Source: an uncultured Actinomycetota bacterium (GTDB lineage Bacteria; Actinomycetota; Actinomycetes; Propionibacteriales; Nocardioidaceae). From it: a stretch of 64,000 bases of DNA. Both the position numbers and the translations under genes were made by a program. Under the pieces are notes generated by a model. The model searched no databases. It was given only the letters and a program-made list of their open reading frames with translations, and was not told the DNA's origin. Shown here in pieces: positions 9,639-21,223 of the stretch. Each line of letters starts with the position of its first letter. Position 1 is the first letter of the stretch. The stretch is from NCBI GenBank assembly GCA_963757695.1, contig CAVWTJ010000002.1:409461-473460 (forward strand). The letters are read 5' to 3'.

Positions 9639-11410
9639 CGGTCGTCATCCTTGTCGATCTCGGTGTCGGTCTCGGTGTCCATCCGCTCCTTGATGAGCGT
9701 GTCTCGACCCTCCATGTTGGGAGCGTCGGCGACCTTGCCGTCGCGCGCCGAGACGTTGTCGTCGAGCTCGATCGCGGCGATCTCCGGGTGGTGCAGGTCG
9801 AACGCCGGCGACTCCGAGCGGATCCGCGGGATCGAGTGGAAGTTGTGCCGCGGCGGCGGGCAGCTGGTGGCCCACTCGAGCGACCGTCCCCAGCCCCACG
9901 GGTCGTCGACCTCGACGAGCGGCGCGTTGCGGGAGATGTAGACGTTGTAGAAGAACGGCAGCGTCGAGGCGGCCAGCAGGAAGGCGCCGATCGTGGAGAT
10001 CTGGTTCAGGCCGGCCCAGCCGTCGCTCTGCAGGTAGTCGGCGTAGCGACGGGGCATGCCCTCGACACCCAGCCAGTGCTGGACCAGGAACGTCGTGTGG
10101 AAGCCCACGAAGAGCAACCAGAAGTGCACCTTGCCGAGCCGTTCGTCGAGCATCCGCCCGGTCATCTTCGGCCACCAGTAGTAGAACCCCGCGAACATCG
10201 CGAACACCACCGTGCCGAACACCACGTAGTGGAAGTGCGCGACCACGAAGTAGGAGTCGGAGATCGCGAAGTCCAGGGGCGGGCTGGCCAGGATGACGCC
10301 GGTCAGGCCGCCGAACAGGAAGGTGGTGAGGAAGCCGATCGACCAGAGCATCGGCGTGTCGAAGGATATGGACCCGCCCCACATGGTGCCGATCCAGTTG
10401 AAGAACTTGACCCCTGTCGGCACCGCGATCAGGAACGTCATGCCGGAGAAGAAGGCCAGGTTGACCGCGCCCGTCACGAACATGTGGTGGGCCCACACGG
10501 CGACCGAGAGGATCGCGATGCCGAGCGTGGCGCCGACCAGGCCGACGTAGCCGAAGAGGGGCTTGCGGCTGAAGACCGGGAGGATCTCGGTCACGATGCC
10601 GAAGAACGGCAGCGCGATGATGTAGACCTCCGGGTGGCCGAAGAACCAGAACAGGTGCTGCCACAGGATCGCCCCGCCGTGGGCGGTGTCGAAGACGTGC
10701 GCGCCGAGCTGGCGGTCGGCCTCGAGGGAGAGCAGGGCGCCGGCGAGGACGGGGAACGCGATGAGGACCAGCAGGCTGGTGACCAGGGTGTTCCAGACGA
10801 ACATCGGCATCCGGAACATCGTCATGCCGGGCGCGCGCATGCAGATGATCGTGGTGATGAAGTTGACCGCACCCAGGATCGTGCCGAGACCGGCCATCCA
10901 CAGACCCATGATCCACAGGTCGCCACCGACGCCGGGCGAGCGGATCGCGTCGGACAGCGGCGTGTAGGCGAACCAGCCGAAGTCAGCAGCGCCGGAGGGG
11001 GTCAGGAACCCGGACCCGGCGATGATGCCGCCGAAGAGGAAGAGCCAGTAGCTGAACATGTTCAACCGCGGGAACGCCACGTCGGGCGAGCCGATCTGCA
11101 GCGGCATGATCACGTTGGCGAACCCGAAGAACAGCGGCGTCGCGAAGAGCAGCAGCATGATCGTGCCGTGCATCGTGAAGAGCTGGTTGTAGAGCTCGTC
11201 GTTGACGATCTGGCTGCCCGGGAAGGCCAGCTCGGAGCGGATGAGCAGGGCCATCACGCCGCCGATGAGGAACCAGGCGAACGACGTACCGAGGTAGAGC
11301 TTGCCGATCAGCTTGTGATCGGTGGTCGTCATCAGCGTGACGAGCTGCTTGCCCAGGGGCTTGCGGTCCGGAACGCCGGTGCCCGTGGTGGGTGACGCAG
11401 TCGTGGTCAC
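9635..11410 (-). CDS. ctaD: Cytochrome c oxidase subunit I
   Basis: [41 protein letters not shown]; GTG at 11410 overlaps the ctaC stop. Confidence 0.97.
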   Translation of the reverse strand: MTTTASPTTGTGVPDRKPLGKQLVTLMTTTDHKLIGKLYLGTSFAWFLIGGVMALLIRSELAFPGSQIVNDELYNQLFTMHGTIMLLLFATPLFFGFANVIMPLQIGSPDVAFPRLNMFSYWLFLFGGIIAGSGFLTPSGAADFGWFAYTPLSDAIRSPGVGGDLWIMGLWMAGLGTILGAVNFITTIICMRAPGMTMFRMPMFVWNTLVTSLLVLIAFPVLAGALLSLEADRQLGAHVFDTAHGGAILWQHLFWFFGHPEVYIIALPFFGIVTEILPVFSRKPLFGYVGLVGATLGIAILSVAVWAHHMFVTGAVNLAFFSGMTFLIAVPTGVKFFNWIGTMWGGSISFDTPMLWSIGFLTTFLFGGLTGVILASPPLDFAISDSYFVVAHFHYVVFGTVVFAMFAGFYYWWPKMTGRMLDERLGKVHFWLLFVGFHTTFLVQHWLGVEGMPRRYADYLQSDGWAGLNQISTIGAFLLAASTLPFFYNVYISRNAPLVEVDDPWGWGRSLEWATSCPPPRHNFHSIPRIRSESPAFDLHHPEIAAIELDDNVSARDGKVADAPNMEGRDTLIKERMDTETDTEIDKDDDR

Positions 11411-12315
11411 TGGCAGACCTCCTTGATCTGGGACTCCTCGGCGTCGATGCCGATCTGGGTGGTGGAGAAGCTGCCGCCACACACCGGCTCGTCGGACGAG
11501 AAGCCCTTGTCGAACTGATCGGCGAGGTAGGCCTGGTACTCGGCCTCGGACTCGATCTTGACCGTGAACAGCATCCGCGAGTGGTAGACCCCGCAGAGCT
11601 CGTAGCACTTGCCGTCGTACTCGCCGGCGGTCTTGGGCGTCACCTGGAAGTGGTTCTGCTGACCGGGCATGACGTCCATCTTGATGAGGAAGCCGGGCAC
11701 GCCGAAGTCGTGGATCACGTCGGGGCTGCGCAGCTCGAACCGGGTCGTCTCGTCGACCGGGATGTGCAGCGTCGGGATGGGGTTGTTGCCACCGCCGGAC
11801 TCGTAGATGTTGACCATCTGTCCGGTCGCGGGGTCCTCGAACGCGTCGGGGTAGTTGAACGTCCACGACCACTGCTGGCCCACGACGTAGACGGTGTTGG
11901 TCGGCTGCACGTCCTCGTCGTTGAGCACGAGGCCCTCGACGCGGATCGTGTGCGAGAAGAAGACGATCACCATGATGATCGGGAAGATCGTGTAGAAGAT
12001 CTCGAGCGGGAGGTTGTAGCGCGTCTGGATCGGGACCTCGTCGTCGCTGCGACGACGGAACTTCCAGATGGCGTAGAAGATCAGGCCCCAGACGACGGCT
12101 CCGGTCACCAGTGCGGCGATCCACGCGCCCTGCCACAGCGCGAGGGTGTGCTCGCCCTCGACGGTCACCGGGGACGGCATGGCGAGGCGCTCGAGCTGGG
12201 AGTCGGTGCCACAGCCACCGAGCACGACCAGGCCGGCGCCCAACAGGGTCAGCAGCACGACGCGACGCAAGCGCCGGCCCATCGGGGCCGGGCGCTCGGG
12301 GAGTTGCAGACTCAA
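11407..12315 (-). CDS. ctaC: Cytochrome c oxidase subunit II
   Basis: [41 protein letters not shown] CuA motif; TTG start after GAGAGGAAGG. Confidence 0.95.
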   Translation of the reverse strand: MSLQLPERPAPMGRRLRRVVLLTLLGAGLVVLGGCGTDSQLERLAMPSPVTVEGEHTLALWQGAWIAALVTGAVVWGLIFYAIWKFRRRSDDEVPIQTRYNLPLEIFYTIFPIIMVIVFFSHTIRVEGLVLNDEDVQPTNTVYVVGQQWSWTFNYPDAFEDPATGQMVNIYESGGGNNPIPTLHIPVDETTRFELRSPDVIHDFGVPGFLIKMDVMPGQQNHFQVTPKTAGEYDGKCYELCGVYHSRMLFTVKIESEAEYQAYLADQFDKGFSSDEPVCGGSFSTTQIGIDAEESQIKEVCQ

Positions 12316-12447
12316 GGCGTGAGCCTTCCTCTCAGGAGGTCTTTGAACGTTTCCCAGACTATCCGAATCCGGGCCCGGGGTGGCGGCCGGGTGGCCCGGT
12401 GGTGTCCGGACCCCCTGGCCCGACGGGTGCCCCACTAGGTTCGGGAC

Positions 12448-13553
12448 GTGAGCAGTGGCGCGGTGTACCTCGATGCGGCCTCGTCCGAGCCGCTCCACCC
12501 AGCGGCTCGGGAGACGCTGCTGGCCGCCCTCGACACCGGGTACGCCGACCCGCGGCGCCTGCACCGCCCCGCGCGCAACGCCCGGCTGCTGCTGGACAAC
12601 GCCCGTGCCGTGGTCGCCGAGTGCCTCGAGGTGCGCTCCGACGAGGTCACCTTCACCGCCTCGGGTACCGCTGCGGTGCATTCCGGCCTCCTCGGGCTGG
12701 CTCGGGCACGACGGGCCCGGGGGGACGTGGTCGTGCTGTCGGACGTCGAACACTCCTCAGTAAGACACGCCGCCACCTGGGGTGGTACCCCCCGAATGGT
12801 GGGGGTCGACAGCGTCGGACGGGTGTCGGTGCCGGAGCTCGTCGAGGCGGCCCACGAGCCGGGCGTCGCCGTCTGTGCCCTCCAGAGCGCCAACCACGAG
12901 GTCGGCACCGTCCAGCCCGTCGGCGACCTGCGGCTGCCGGCCGACGTACCGCTGTTCGTCGACGCCCGCGCCTCGATGGGTCGCCGTCCCCTCCCCCGAG
13001 GCTGGGACGCGCTCGCCGGGTCGGCGCACCACTGGGGCGGGCCTGCGGGCGTCGGGGTGCTCCTCGTCCGCGACGGGGACGCGCTGGGAGAGCCCGTTCC
13101 CCGAGGACGACCGGATCGACCACCGCAGCAGCGGCTTCGAGAACGTCCCCGCGGCGCTGGCCGCCGCCGCTGCCCTCCAGGCGGTGGTGGCCGAGCGCGC
13201 CGAGGTCAAGGCCCGCCAGCACGAGCTCGTCGACCGCATCCGGGCCGCTGCCGCCGCCCTGCCCGACACCGAGGTGGTCGGCGACCCGGTCGGACGGCTC
13301 GCCCCACCTGGTGACGTTCTCGTGCCTCTACGTCAACGGCGAGGCCCTGGTCACCGAGCTCGACCGCCGCGGCTTCGGGGTGGCCAGCGGGTCGGCGTGC
13401 ACCGCCTCGACACTCGAGCCCAGCCACGTGCTGGCGGCGATGGGCGCCCTCACCCACGGCAACGTGCGGGTCTCGCTCACCCGCGAGACGACCGCCGAGC
13501 AGGTCGACGCCTTCTGCGCGGTGCTCCCCGACGTGGTCGCGGGGCTGCGATGA
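12448..13553 (+). CDS. Cysteine desulfurase (IscS/NifS-like), frameshifted
   Basis: YLDAASSEP, FTASGT, VEHSSV, ANHEVGTVQP, VASGSACTASTLEPSHVLAAMG; TAGGTT -10 six nt before GTG. Confidence 0.9.
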
Positions 13554-13819
13554 CCGGGCCGACGGATCCGACGCCGGGGCCCGACGCCGAGGTGGAGCTG
13601 GAGCTCGACTGTCGCGGGATGCCCTGCCCGCAACCGATCATCGAGCTGGCGCGCCGCCTCGACGACGTCGCGGTCGGCGGGCTGCTCGCGGTGGTCGCGA
13701 CCGACGCCGCCGCCCGCTACGACGTGCCGGCCTGGTGCCGCATGCGCGCGCAGGAGTACGTCGGGCAGGACACGGCCGCCGACGGCACCCCGCGCTACGT
13801 CGTACGCCGGCTCACCTGA
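13550..13819 (+). CDS. TusA/SirA-family sulfurtransferase
   Basis: LDCRGMPCPQPIIEL...ATDAAARYDVPAWCRMR. Confidence 0.9.
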   Translation: MTGPTDPTPGPDAEVELELDCRGMPCPQPIIELARRLDDVAVGGLLAVVATDAAARYDVPAWCRMRAQEYVGQDTAADGTPRYVVRRLT

Positions 13820-13861
13820 CCCACAGCTCGAGCCGGCCCCGAGCGGGGCGGGCGGTACGGC

Positions 13862-14834
13862 TCAGAGGTGCGCGGCGACGTCGGCTGCTGCCGCCGCGCC
13901 GTAGGACAGCTCGACGCGCGCCACGAACTCCGCGGAGGTGAACGAGTACTCCTGGGTGCCCACGGTCTCCACGACGTAGGCGGCGAGGACCGCTCCGACC
14001 TGGCAGGCCCGCTCGAGGTCGAGGTCCCAGCTCAGGGCCGCCAGGAAGCCGGCCCGGAAGGCGTCGCCGACACCGGTGGGCTCCACGGCGGTGACGCCGG
14101 AGGCGGCGGACACGATGGATCGGCTCCTGACCCGCGCGCAGGACCTTGACGCCGTCCTTGCCCAGGGTGGTGACCTGCACGCCGACGCGGGCCAGGACCT
14201 CCTCGGGCGACCAGCCGGTCTTCTGCTCGATCATGGCCGACTCGTACTCGTTGGAGAACAGGAACGCAGCCCCGTCGATGAGCTGGCGGATCAGGTCGCC
14301 ACCGCTGAAGGCCAGCTGCTGGCTGGGGTCGGCGATGAAGGGGTAGCCGCGCTGGCGGCACTCCTGGGTGTGGCGCAGCATCCCGTCCGGGTCGTCGGCG
14401 GCGATCAGCACGAACTCGGGGCTGCCGACCTTCGCGACGATCGGCGCGAGCTCGATCAGGCGGGCCTCGCTCATCGCACCGGGGTAGAACGACGCGATCT
14501 GGGCGCCGGTCGGGTCGGTGGTGCACACGAAGCGGGCCGTGTGCCGGGTCTCGGAGATGCGCACGAAGTCGCAGTCGACGCCGTGTCGCTCCAGCCAGGA
14601 GCGGTAGTCGGCGAAGTCCTCGCCGGCGGCGCCGACCAGCACCGGACGCAGGCCCAGGCGACCGAGTCCGAAGGTCATGTTGGCGGCCACGCCGCCTCGC
14701 CGGATCTCGAGGTCGTCGACGAGGAACGACAAGGAGATCTTGTCGAGCTGGTCGACGACGAGGGAGTCGGCGAACTTCCCACCGAAGGACATCAGATGGT
14801 CGGTCGCGATGGATCCGGCGATCAGCAGGGGCAT
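13862..14834 (-). CDS. PfkB-family carbohydrate kinase (adenosine kinase-like), frameshifted
   Basis: IAGSIATDHLM, RRGGVAAN, ADPSQQLA, NEYE, EPTGVGDAFRAGFL. Confidence 0.88.
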
Positions 14835-14898
14835 GGCACGGAACCCTACCCACGCGTAGCGATGGGAGTACCCACCAGTAGGCCCTAGCGTGATCGAC

Positions 14899-15138
14899 AT
14901 GTCCTCCCTGTCGCACCCCCAGGGCGCCTACGACGACCTGGCCTCCCCCGCCGAGATGCAGTCCGACTGCCTCGCCGCGGGCCGCCACCTGCGCCTGGAG
15001 CAGGCCGCCCGCCGGGCCGTGCGCCCCGCCCCCAGCATCCACTTCGACGAGCAGCCGGGTGAGCGCGCCAAGCCACGGATCGAGATCTCGCAGGCCGCCG
15101 CCCGCCTGGCCGGTGCCCTCCACTTCCACCTGGAGTGA
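14899..15138 (+). CDS. Small hypothetical protein (~79 aa)
   Basis: Coding-like GC3 bias; TAGCGT -10 seven nt upstream of ATG; hairpin downstream. Confidence 0.6.
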   Translation: MSSLSHPQGAYDDLASPAEMQSDCLAAGRHLRLEQAARRAVRPAPSIHFDEQPGERAKPRIEISQAAARLAGALHFHLE

Positions 15139-15199
15139 CGCTCGCCGGCCGGCGACCTGGTTCAGGTCCGCCGGCACCGCGCGTGTCTCCTGGAGACGT

Positions 15200-15232
15200 C
15201 AGCAGCCCCCGCCCGATGGGCGGGGGCTGCTG
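15200..15232. terminator. Hairpin terminator between convergent genes
   Basis: AGCAGCCCCCGCCC-GAT-GGGCGGGGGCTGCT inverted repeat. Confidence 0.75.
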
Positions 15233-15272
15233 TCTGTGCTTCGGGGCTGTTCGCCGACTCGCGTGTCCACCG

Positions 15273-15368
15273 ACTGGGTTTCGACGCGCTCGCGCGACCT
15301 CGCAGGCTCAGTCGCGTCGCTTGCTCAACCTTCGCTCACCACGCGGTCAGCTCGTGCCTCGCTGACCA
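15273..15368. repeat. Dispersed GGTTTCGA...CTCAACC hairpin repeat (copy A)
   Basis: ACTGGGTTTCGACGCG, CGCTTGCTCAACCTTCGCTCA and CTCGTGCCTCGC are shared with 60628-60725. Confidence 0.85.
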
Positions 15369-15379
15369 CTGTTCCTTGC

Positions 15380-15742
15380 TCAGTGGAAGCTGTCTCCGCA
15401 GGCGCAGGAGCCGGTCGCGTTGGGGTTGTCGATGGTGAAGCCCTGCTTCTCGATGGTGTCGACGAAGTCGATCTCGGCGCCGTTGAGGTAGGGGACGCTC
15501 ATCCGGTCGATGACGACGGACACGCCGTCGAAGTCGGTGACGACGTCGCCGTCGAGGGTGCGCTCGTCGAAGAAGAGCTGGTAGCGCAGACCGCTGCAAC
15601 CGCCCGGCTGCACCGAGATGCGCAGCGCGAGGTCGTCGCGGCCCTCCTGCTCGAGGAGGCTCTGCACCTTGCCGGCCGCTACCTGGCTGAGGTTGATCTG
15701 GTCGGTGCGGCGCTCCGTGGTGGTGTCGACCTGCTCGGTCAT
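15380..15742 (-). CDS. erpA: Iron-sulfur cluster insertion protein (ErpA/IscA, HesB family)
   Basis: LRISVQPGGCSGLRYQL, GFTIDNPNATGSCACGDSFH. Confidence 0.93.
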   Translation of the reverse strand: MTEQVDTTTERRTDQINLSQVAAGKVQSLLEQEGRDDLALRISVQPGGCSGLRYQLFFDERTLDGDVVTDFDGVSVVIDRMSVPYLNGAEIDFVDTIEKQGFTIDNPNATGSCACGDSFH

Positions 15743-15863
15743 GGGTGACTCCCAAGGATTGAGGGGTGCATGTACGGGATGTGGTGCTGTACTCGACCCA
15801 ATCGTCGCACACCGCGGGTTATTCCAGCAGCCCGCGACCCGGTGGTCCGCTCCCGCGCACGCC

Positions 15864-16956
15864 TCAGTGTGACCAGGTTCGTCGCGACCCGCTCGGCCAG
15901 GTCCGCCAGGGCGCCCGCCGGGTCGGCGAAGGCGCGCTCCTCCCCCACCAGGTCGACCAGCGAGTACGCCGACTCCACGCCCAGCGCGCGCATCTCGCGC
16001 GAGCCCACCAGCACCTGGCCGGCCAGCGCGATGCACGGGCGCAACGCCTCCTCGGCGATGGCGCCACGCCGTACGGCACCTTGCCGGAGCGGCTGGAGAA
16101 GTCGAAGGCGCCCTCCCCGGTGATCACCAGGTCGGCGGCGCGGGCACGCTCGGCGAGGCGGACGGTCGCGGCGACCATCTCGATGCCGGGCTCACGGCGC
16201 GCGCCGAGGCACAGCAGGGCGTAGCCGAGGCCACCGGCCGCCCCGGCGCCCTTCTCCAGCGCGGTCCGCCGGTCCGTGGCGTGCGCGAGCTGCTCGAGCC
16301 AGCCGTCGACCACGGCGATCCGGTCCTCGGCGATCCCCTTCTGGGGTCCGTAGGTCTTGGTGGCGCCGAAGAGGCCGGTCAGCGGGTTGTCGACGTCGCT
16401 GGCCATCACCAGCTCGACGCCGGCCAGCCGCTCGCGCGCCGGGCGCGAGGTCGACGCTGGTGAGGTCGCCGAAGCAGGTCGGCCCGGCGTCGAGCCGACC
16501 GTCGGAGGTCGCCCCGAGCTCGGCCAGCAGTCCGGCACCACCGTCGTTGGTCCCGGACCCGCCGAGCCCGACCACGACCGTCGTGGCTCCGCCGTCGACG
16601 GCCGCGAGCACCAGCTCGCCCACCCCCGTCGTGGTCGCGAGCTCGGCGCCCCCGCCGGCCTGCTCGAGGAGGTGCAGGCCACAGGACTGCGCGCTCTCGA
16701 CGTACGCCGTGTCGCCGACCCGCAGGATCGTGGCCGGCACCTGCTCGCCGTGGACCGCCTCGACGGTGACCACGTGCAGCTCGCCGCCGAGCGCGGCGTG
16801 CAGGACGTCGACGAAGCCCGGGCCGCCGTCGGCCATCGGGGCGAGGTCGAGCTCGTCGTCGGGCGCGCGCCGGCGCCACCCGGTCGCGATCGCCTCGGCC
16901 GCCTCGACCGCGGTCAGCGTGCCGGCGAACTTGTCGGGTGCCACCAGAACTCGCAT
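15864..16956 (-). CDS. Glycerate kinase, frameshifted
   Basis: MRVLVAPDKFAGTL, PMADGGPG, GLGGSGTNDGGAG, SDVDNPLTG...YGPQKG, GAGAAGGLG, ITGEG. Confidence 0.92.
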
Positions 16957-16989
16957 GCCCCCATCCTGCCCACTCACTACGGTGGACGC

Positions 16990-17933
16990 GTGAGCGACTC
17001 CACCGCTACCGGCCCCGGAGCCGACACGGGACCCCTGACGATCCGCCCGATGCGCCCGACGACGTGCCGGTCGCGGAGCGGCTGAGCTCGGAGGCGTTCT
17101 TCGAGCTCGACCGCCAGGTCCTGCCCCGCTCGGCAGCCCGAGCCGCAGCCGCGACCGGCCGCGCGGGCCGCGGACTGGCTCGAACGCACCCGGCACTTCC
17201 TCGACACCGACCCGGGCGGGTGCTGGGTCGCCGACGACGGCAGCGGCATGGTCGGCTTCGCGACGTCCGCTGTCCGCGACAAGACCTGGATCCTGGCGAC
17301 GTACGCCGTGCGCCCGCACCTGCAGGCCCGCGGCATCGGCAAGCAGCTGCTCGATGCCGCGCTGCACCACGGCCGCGGCTGCCTGCGCGCGATGCTGTCG
17401 TCGTCCGCGGACCCGCGGGCCGTCCGCCGCTACCGGCTCGCCGGCTTCTCGTTGCACCCGCAGATGTACCTGCGGGGCACCGTCGACCGCTCGGCCATCC
17501 CGGTCGGCCCGGGGACCATGGGCGGCTGGGTCTCGGCAAGGTCCGTGAGGGCACGCCGGGCGACACCGACCTGCTGGAGTCGCTCGACCGACAGACGCGC
17601 GGCGCCGCCCACGGCGCCGACCACGCCTACATGCAGGCGCGCTGGCGCCTGCTGGTCACCGACACCACCACCGGGTCCGGGCTACGCCTACGTCGACTCC
17701 GCGGGCGGGCTGTCGCTCCTCGCGGCCTCGAACCGTACGGCGGCCACCCGGCTGCTGTGGACCGTGCTCGCCGACGGACCGGAGGAGGCCGTCGTCCCGC
17801 ACGTCACCGCCGCCAACGAGTGGGCCATCGACGTGGCGATGGCGGCCCGCCTCGAGGTGCACACCGGGGCTACCTCGCACTGCGCGGCATGGCGCCGCCG
17901 GCGCCGTACGTGCACCACGGCGCCCTGCTCTGA
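16990..17933 (+). CDS. GNAT-family N-acetyltransferase, frameshifted
   Basis: WILATYAVRPHLQARGIGKQLL acetyl-CoA motif; TACGGT -10 six nt before GTG. Confidence 0.8.
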
Positions 17934-18015
17934 CCGGACCGGGTAGCCCGGCACCGGGCCACCGGTGCCCCCCGGCCACCCGCCGCCGCCGACGGACGAC
18001 GACTAGGATCGAGCC

Positions 18016-19204
18016 ATGACCACCGTGGACCTCCCGCTCCTGCCCCTCGGCCGTGGCACCGACCGTGCCTCCGAGCGCGGTGTCGAGTGCCCGGGCGACC
18101 TGCCGGCCGCCTCCGACCCCGACCTCGTGGCGCGCGCCCGGGCCGCCAAGGACGGCGCTGGGCGACCGGGTCTTCGTGCTCGGGCACCACTACCAGCGCG
18201 ACGAGGTCATCCAGTTCGCCGACGTCACCGGCGACTCCTTCAAGCTGGCGCGCGACGCGGCCGGCCGGCCTGACGCCGAGTTCGTCGTCTTCTGCGGCGT
18301 CCACTTCATGGCCGAGTCGGCCGACATCCTCACCGGTCCCGACCAGCAGGTCATCCTGCCCGACCTCGCGGCCGGCTGCTCGATGGCCGACATGGCCCGG
18401 CTCCCGCAGGTCGAGGCGGCCTGGGACGCGCTGGCCGCAGCCGGCGTCCAGGACTGCGGTCGTGCCGGTCACCTACATGAACTCCAGCGCCGACATCAAG
18501 GCGTTCTGCGGGCGCAACGGCGGGGTCGTCTGCACCTCCTCCAACGCCGAGGTCGCCCTCGAGTGGGCCTTCGAGCAGAAGGGTGGCCTCGAGGCCGGTG
18601 CCAAGGTCCTGTTCCTCCCCGACCAGCACCTGGGGCGCAACACCGCCGTCCTGCAGATGGGCGTCGCGCTCGACGAGTGCGTCGTCTGGAACCCGCACCT
18701 GCCCGGCGGCGGCCTCACCGCCGAGGAGCTCCAGCGACGCCAAGGTGATCCTGTGGAAGGGCCACTGCTCGGTCCACGGGCGCTTCTCGCTGGCGGTCGT
18801 CGAGGAGCTGCGCGCGACGATCCCGGACATCAAGATCCTGGTGCACCCCGAGTGCCCGCACGACGTCGTCCTCGCAGGCCGACCTGGTCGGCTCGACCGA
18901 GTTCATCATCAAGACCATCGAGGCCGCCCCGAGCGGCTCGACCTGGGCGATCGGCACCGAGCTCAACCTCGTGCAGCGCCTCGCCAAGGCCCACCCCGAC
19001 AAGCGCATCCTCTTCCTCGACAAGAACGTCTGCTACTGCTCGACGATGAACCGCATCGACCTGCCGCACTTCGTGTGGGCGATGGAGTCGCTGGTCGAGG
19101 GCGTGGTCGTCAACCGGATCGAGGTCGACCCCGACACCGAGCGCGACGCGCTGGTGGCCCTGCAGCGGATGCTCGACCTGCCGGGCAAGTCGCACCGCGA
19201 CTGA
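18016..19204 (+). CDS. nadA: Quinolinate synthase, frameshifted
   Basis: [70 protein letters not shown]. Confidence 0.95.
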
Positions 19205-19235
19205 GGTCGGGCCCGCGCCCGGCGACGCCGCCGGG

Positions 19236-20409
19236 TCAGACCGGCAGCTCGAACCACACCGTCGTACCGCCACCGGGGGTCTCGGCGATCCCGATCGACC
19301 CGCCGTGCGCCTGGACGACGCGCCGGCACGTGTCGAGGCCGATCCCCGATCCCGAGCCACCGGCACTCAGCCGCACCCGTGGCTCGAAGACGCGCTCCCG
19401 CTCGTCCTCGGGGACGCCGCGCCCGTTGTCGGCGATCCGTACGTGCCAACGGTCGCCGTCCTCCCGCGCCGCTCGGCGGTGATCGCGAGCGTGAGCGGCC
19501 GGTCCGCGCGAGCGGTACTTCGAGGCGTTGTCGAGCAGGTTCTGGACCAGCGAGCCGAGCTGCTGCCGGTCGGCCCGCACCACGGGGAGCTCGCCGCGCG
19601 TCACCGGCACGTCGCGCAGCGGTCCGGCGAGGTCGGCCAGCGCCGCGTCGAGGACCTCGTCGAGGCAGACCTCCTCGATCTCCAGGCCGCCGCCCAGCGA
19701 GGCATAGCTCAGCACGTCGTCGATCATCGCGGCCATCCGGTGCGAGCCGTTGATCGCTCGCTCGAGCAGGCCGAAGGCGCTCTCGGTGTCGCTCCCCTCC
19801 GCGAGCTGCTCGCGCAGCAGCCCGAGCGACAGCGACAGCGTGGCCAGCGGCGTCTTGAGGTCGTGGCTGACCCGTCCGGCGAACGTCGCGAGCCGCTCGT
19901 TGGAGACCGCGAGCTGACGGCTGCGCCACGACAGCTCGAGGACGTCGACGATGCGGTCGGCCAGGGTGGCGAGAGCCTCGACCTGGGACTCGTCGAGGTG
20001 CGCGGGTCTCCTCGTCGAAGACACACAGGGTGCCGATGGCGACGCCGGTGAGGGTGACCAGCTTGTGCGAGGCGTAGAACCGGACCCGTCCGATCACGCC
20101 GGTCACGAACGGGTTGTCGCGGAACCGCGGGATCGGTGGAGGCGTCCGCGACCACGATCGGCGTGTCCTGCGTCGAGGACGTTGGCGCACATCGAGTCCT
20201 CGCGGCTGCACACCGCCGCGTCGAAGCCGTAGGTCGCGACCTGGTGCTGCTCGACGTCGGTGATCAGGTTGATCGTGGCCATCGGCGTGTCACAGACCTT
20301 CGCTGCGAGCTCGACGATCGCGACCAGGTCGGCGCGCGGTGCATGGCTGCAGGACGTCGTACCGACTGATGTCGGCGACTCGCAGTGCGTCGTCGGCCTG
20401 CGTGGTCAT
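19236..20409 (-). CDS. GAF-domain sensor histidine kinase (orphan), frameshifted
   Basis: N-terminal GAF (RFYASHKL...GTLCVFD); H-box VSHDLKTPL; QNLLDNA; DNGRG; GSGIGL. Confidence 0.88.
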
Positions 20410-20550
20410 CGCATCTCCCTCGTCCCCGGCCCATCGGCAGGCCCCGAGGGATCCTAGTGTCCTCCGGGTCGGATCCGGTGGAACTCCTCGTCGCCGACGA
20501 GCCGGGTGCCCGGACCAGGGGAGCCAGCGGCAGTGCCGCCCGATCTCTCG

Positions 20551-21165
20551 TCAGAGACCCGGAGCGCCCCAGATCGCGAACCACCGCGACAGGTCGCCCT
20601 CCACGGGGATCTCGGGCGCCAGGAGGTCGCGGACCTGGATCTCGAGGAGGTTGTCCCGCTCCTGACCGCCACCGGCAGCAGGAGCGAAGGGATAGAACGT
20701 GCCCTGCTTGTAGAGGTAGACCAGCCCGAGGCTGCGGCCGTCGCGGTCGGTGAACGGGATCAGCGAGCACAGCAGGGCAGGGCCGAAGCCGGCCCCCTCG
20801 AGCCCGACGTTCACGGCGTGCAGGTCGGTGCAGAGCCCTCCGAGGTCACCGGTGGCCGGGTCGTAGGGCTCGTGGTCGACCTCGAGCCAGGTGAACCCGT
20901 AGCCGTCGGTGCTGACCCGGATCTCCGGGGCCGCGGCGCCGGACAGGCTCCCGGTCTGCTGGGCGCGCAGCAGCTCCACGACGTCGTCCTGGGTCTGGGA
21001 GAAGCCGGGACCGGCAGCGGCGCGGTAGCAGACCGCGCCGTCCCCGGTCGGGACCAGGCCCAGCGAGGTCTGCAGCGTGATCGCCGCGCTCGGCACGGCG
21101 AACAGCGCGTCGAGGTTGGCCTGCTTGGGGCGAGAGCGGCCCAGGAGGCTGTCGAACAGGCCCAT
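20551..21165 (-). CDS. pspAB: PspA-associated protein PspAB
   Basis: MGLFDSLLGRSRPKQANLDALFAVPSAAITL; LVYLYKQGTFYPFAP; ERDNLLE; operon context. Confidence 0.8.
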   Translation of the reverse strand: MGLFDSLLGRSRPKQANLDALFAVPSAAITLQTSLGLVPTGDGAVCYRAAAGPGFSQTQDDVVELLRAQQTGSLSGAAAPEIRVSTDGYGFTWLEVDHEPYDPATGDLGGLCTDLHAVNVGLEGAGFGPALLCSLIPFTDRDGRSLGLVYLYKQGTFYPFAPAAGGGQERDNLLEIQVRDLLAPEIPVEGDLSRWFAIWGAPGL

Positions 21166-21223
21166 CAGCCGACCTCCATCGCGTCGCCGGTCGCCGAAGC
21201 GCTCGTCGGGTCGCTCAGCGTGC

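Noticed and set aside
12448-13819. DNA phosphorothioation (dndA) or novel sulfur-relay system
   Set aside because: No dnd/ssp genes are present; iscS-tusA beside ctaC is a usual actinobacterial arrangement.
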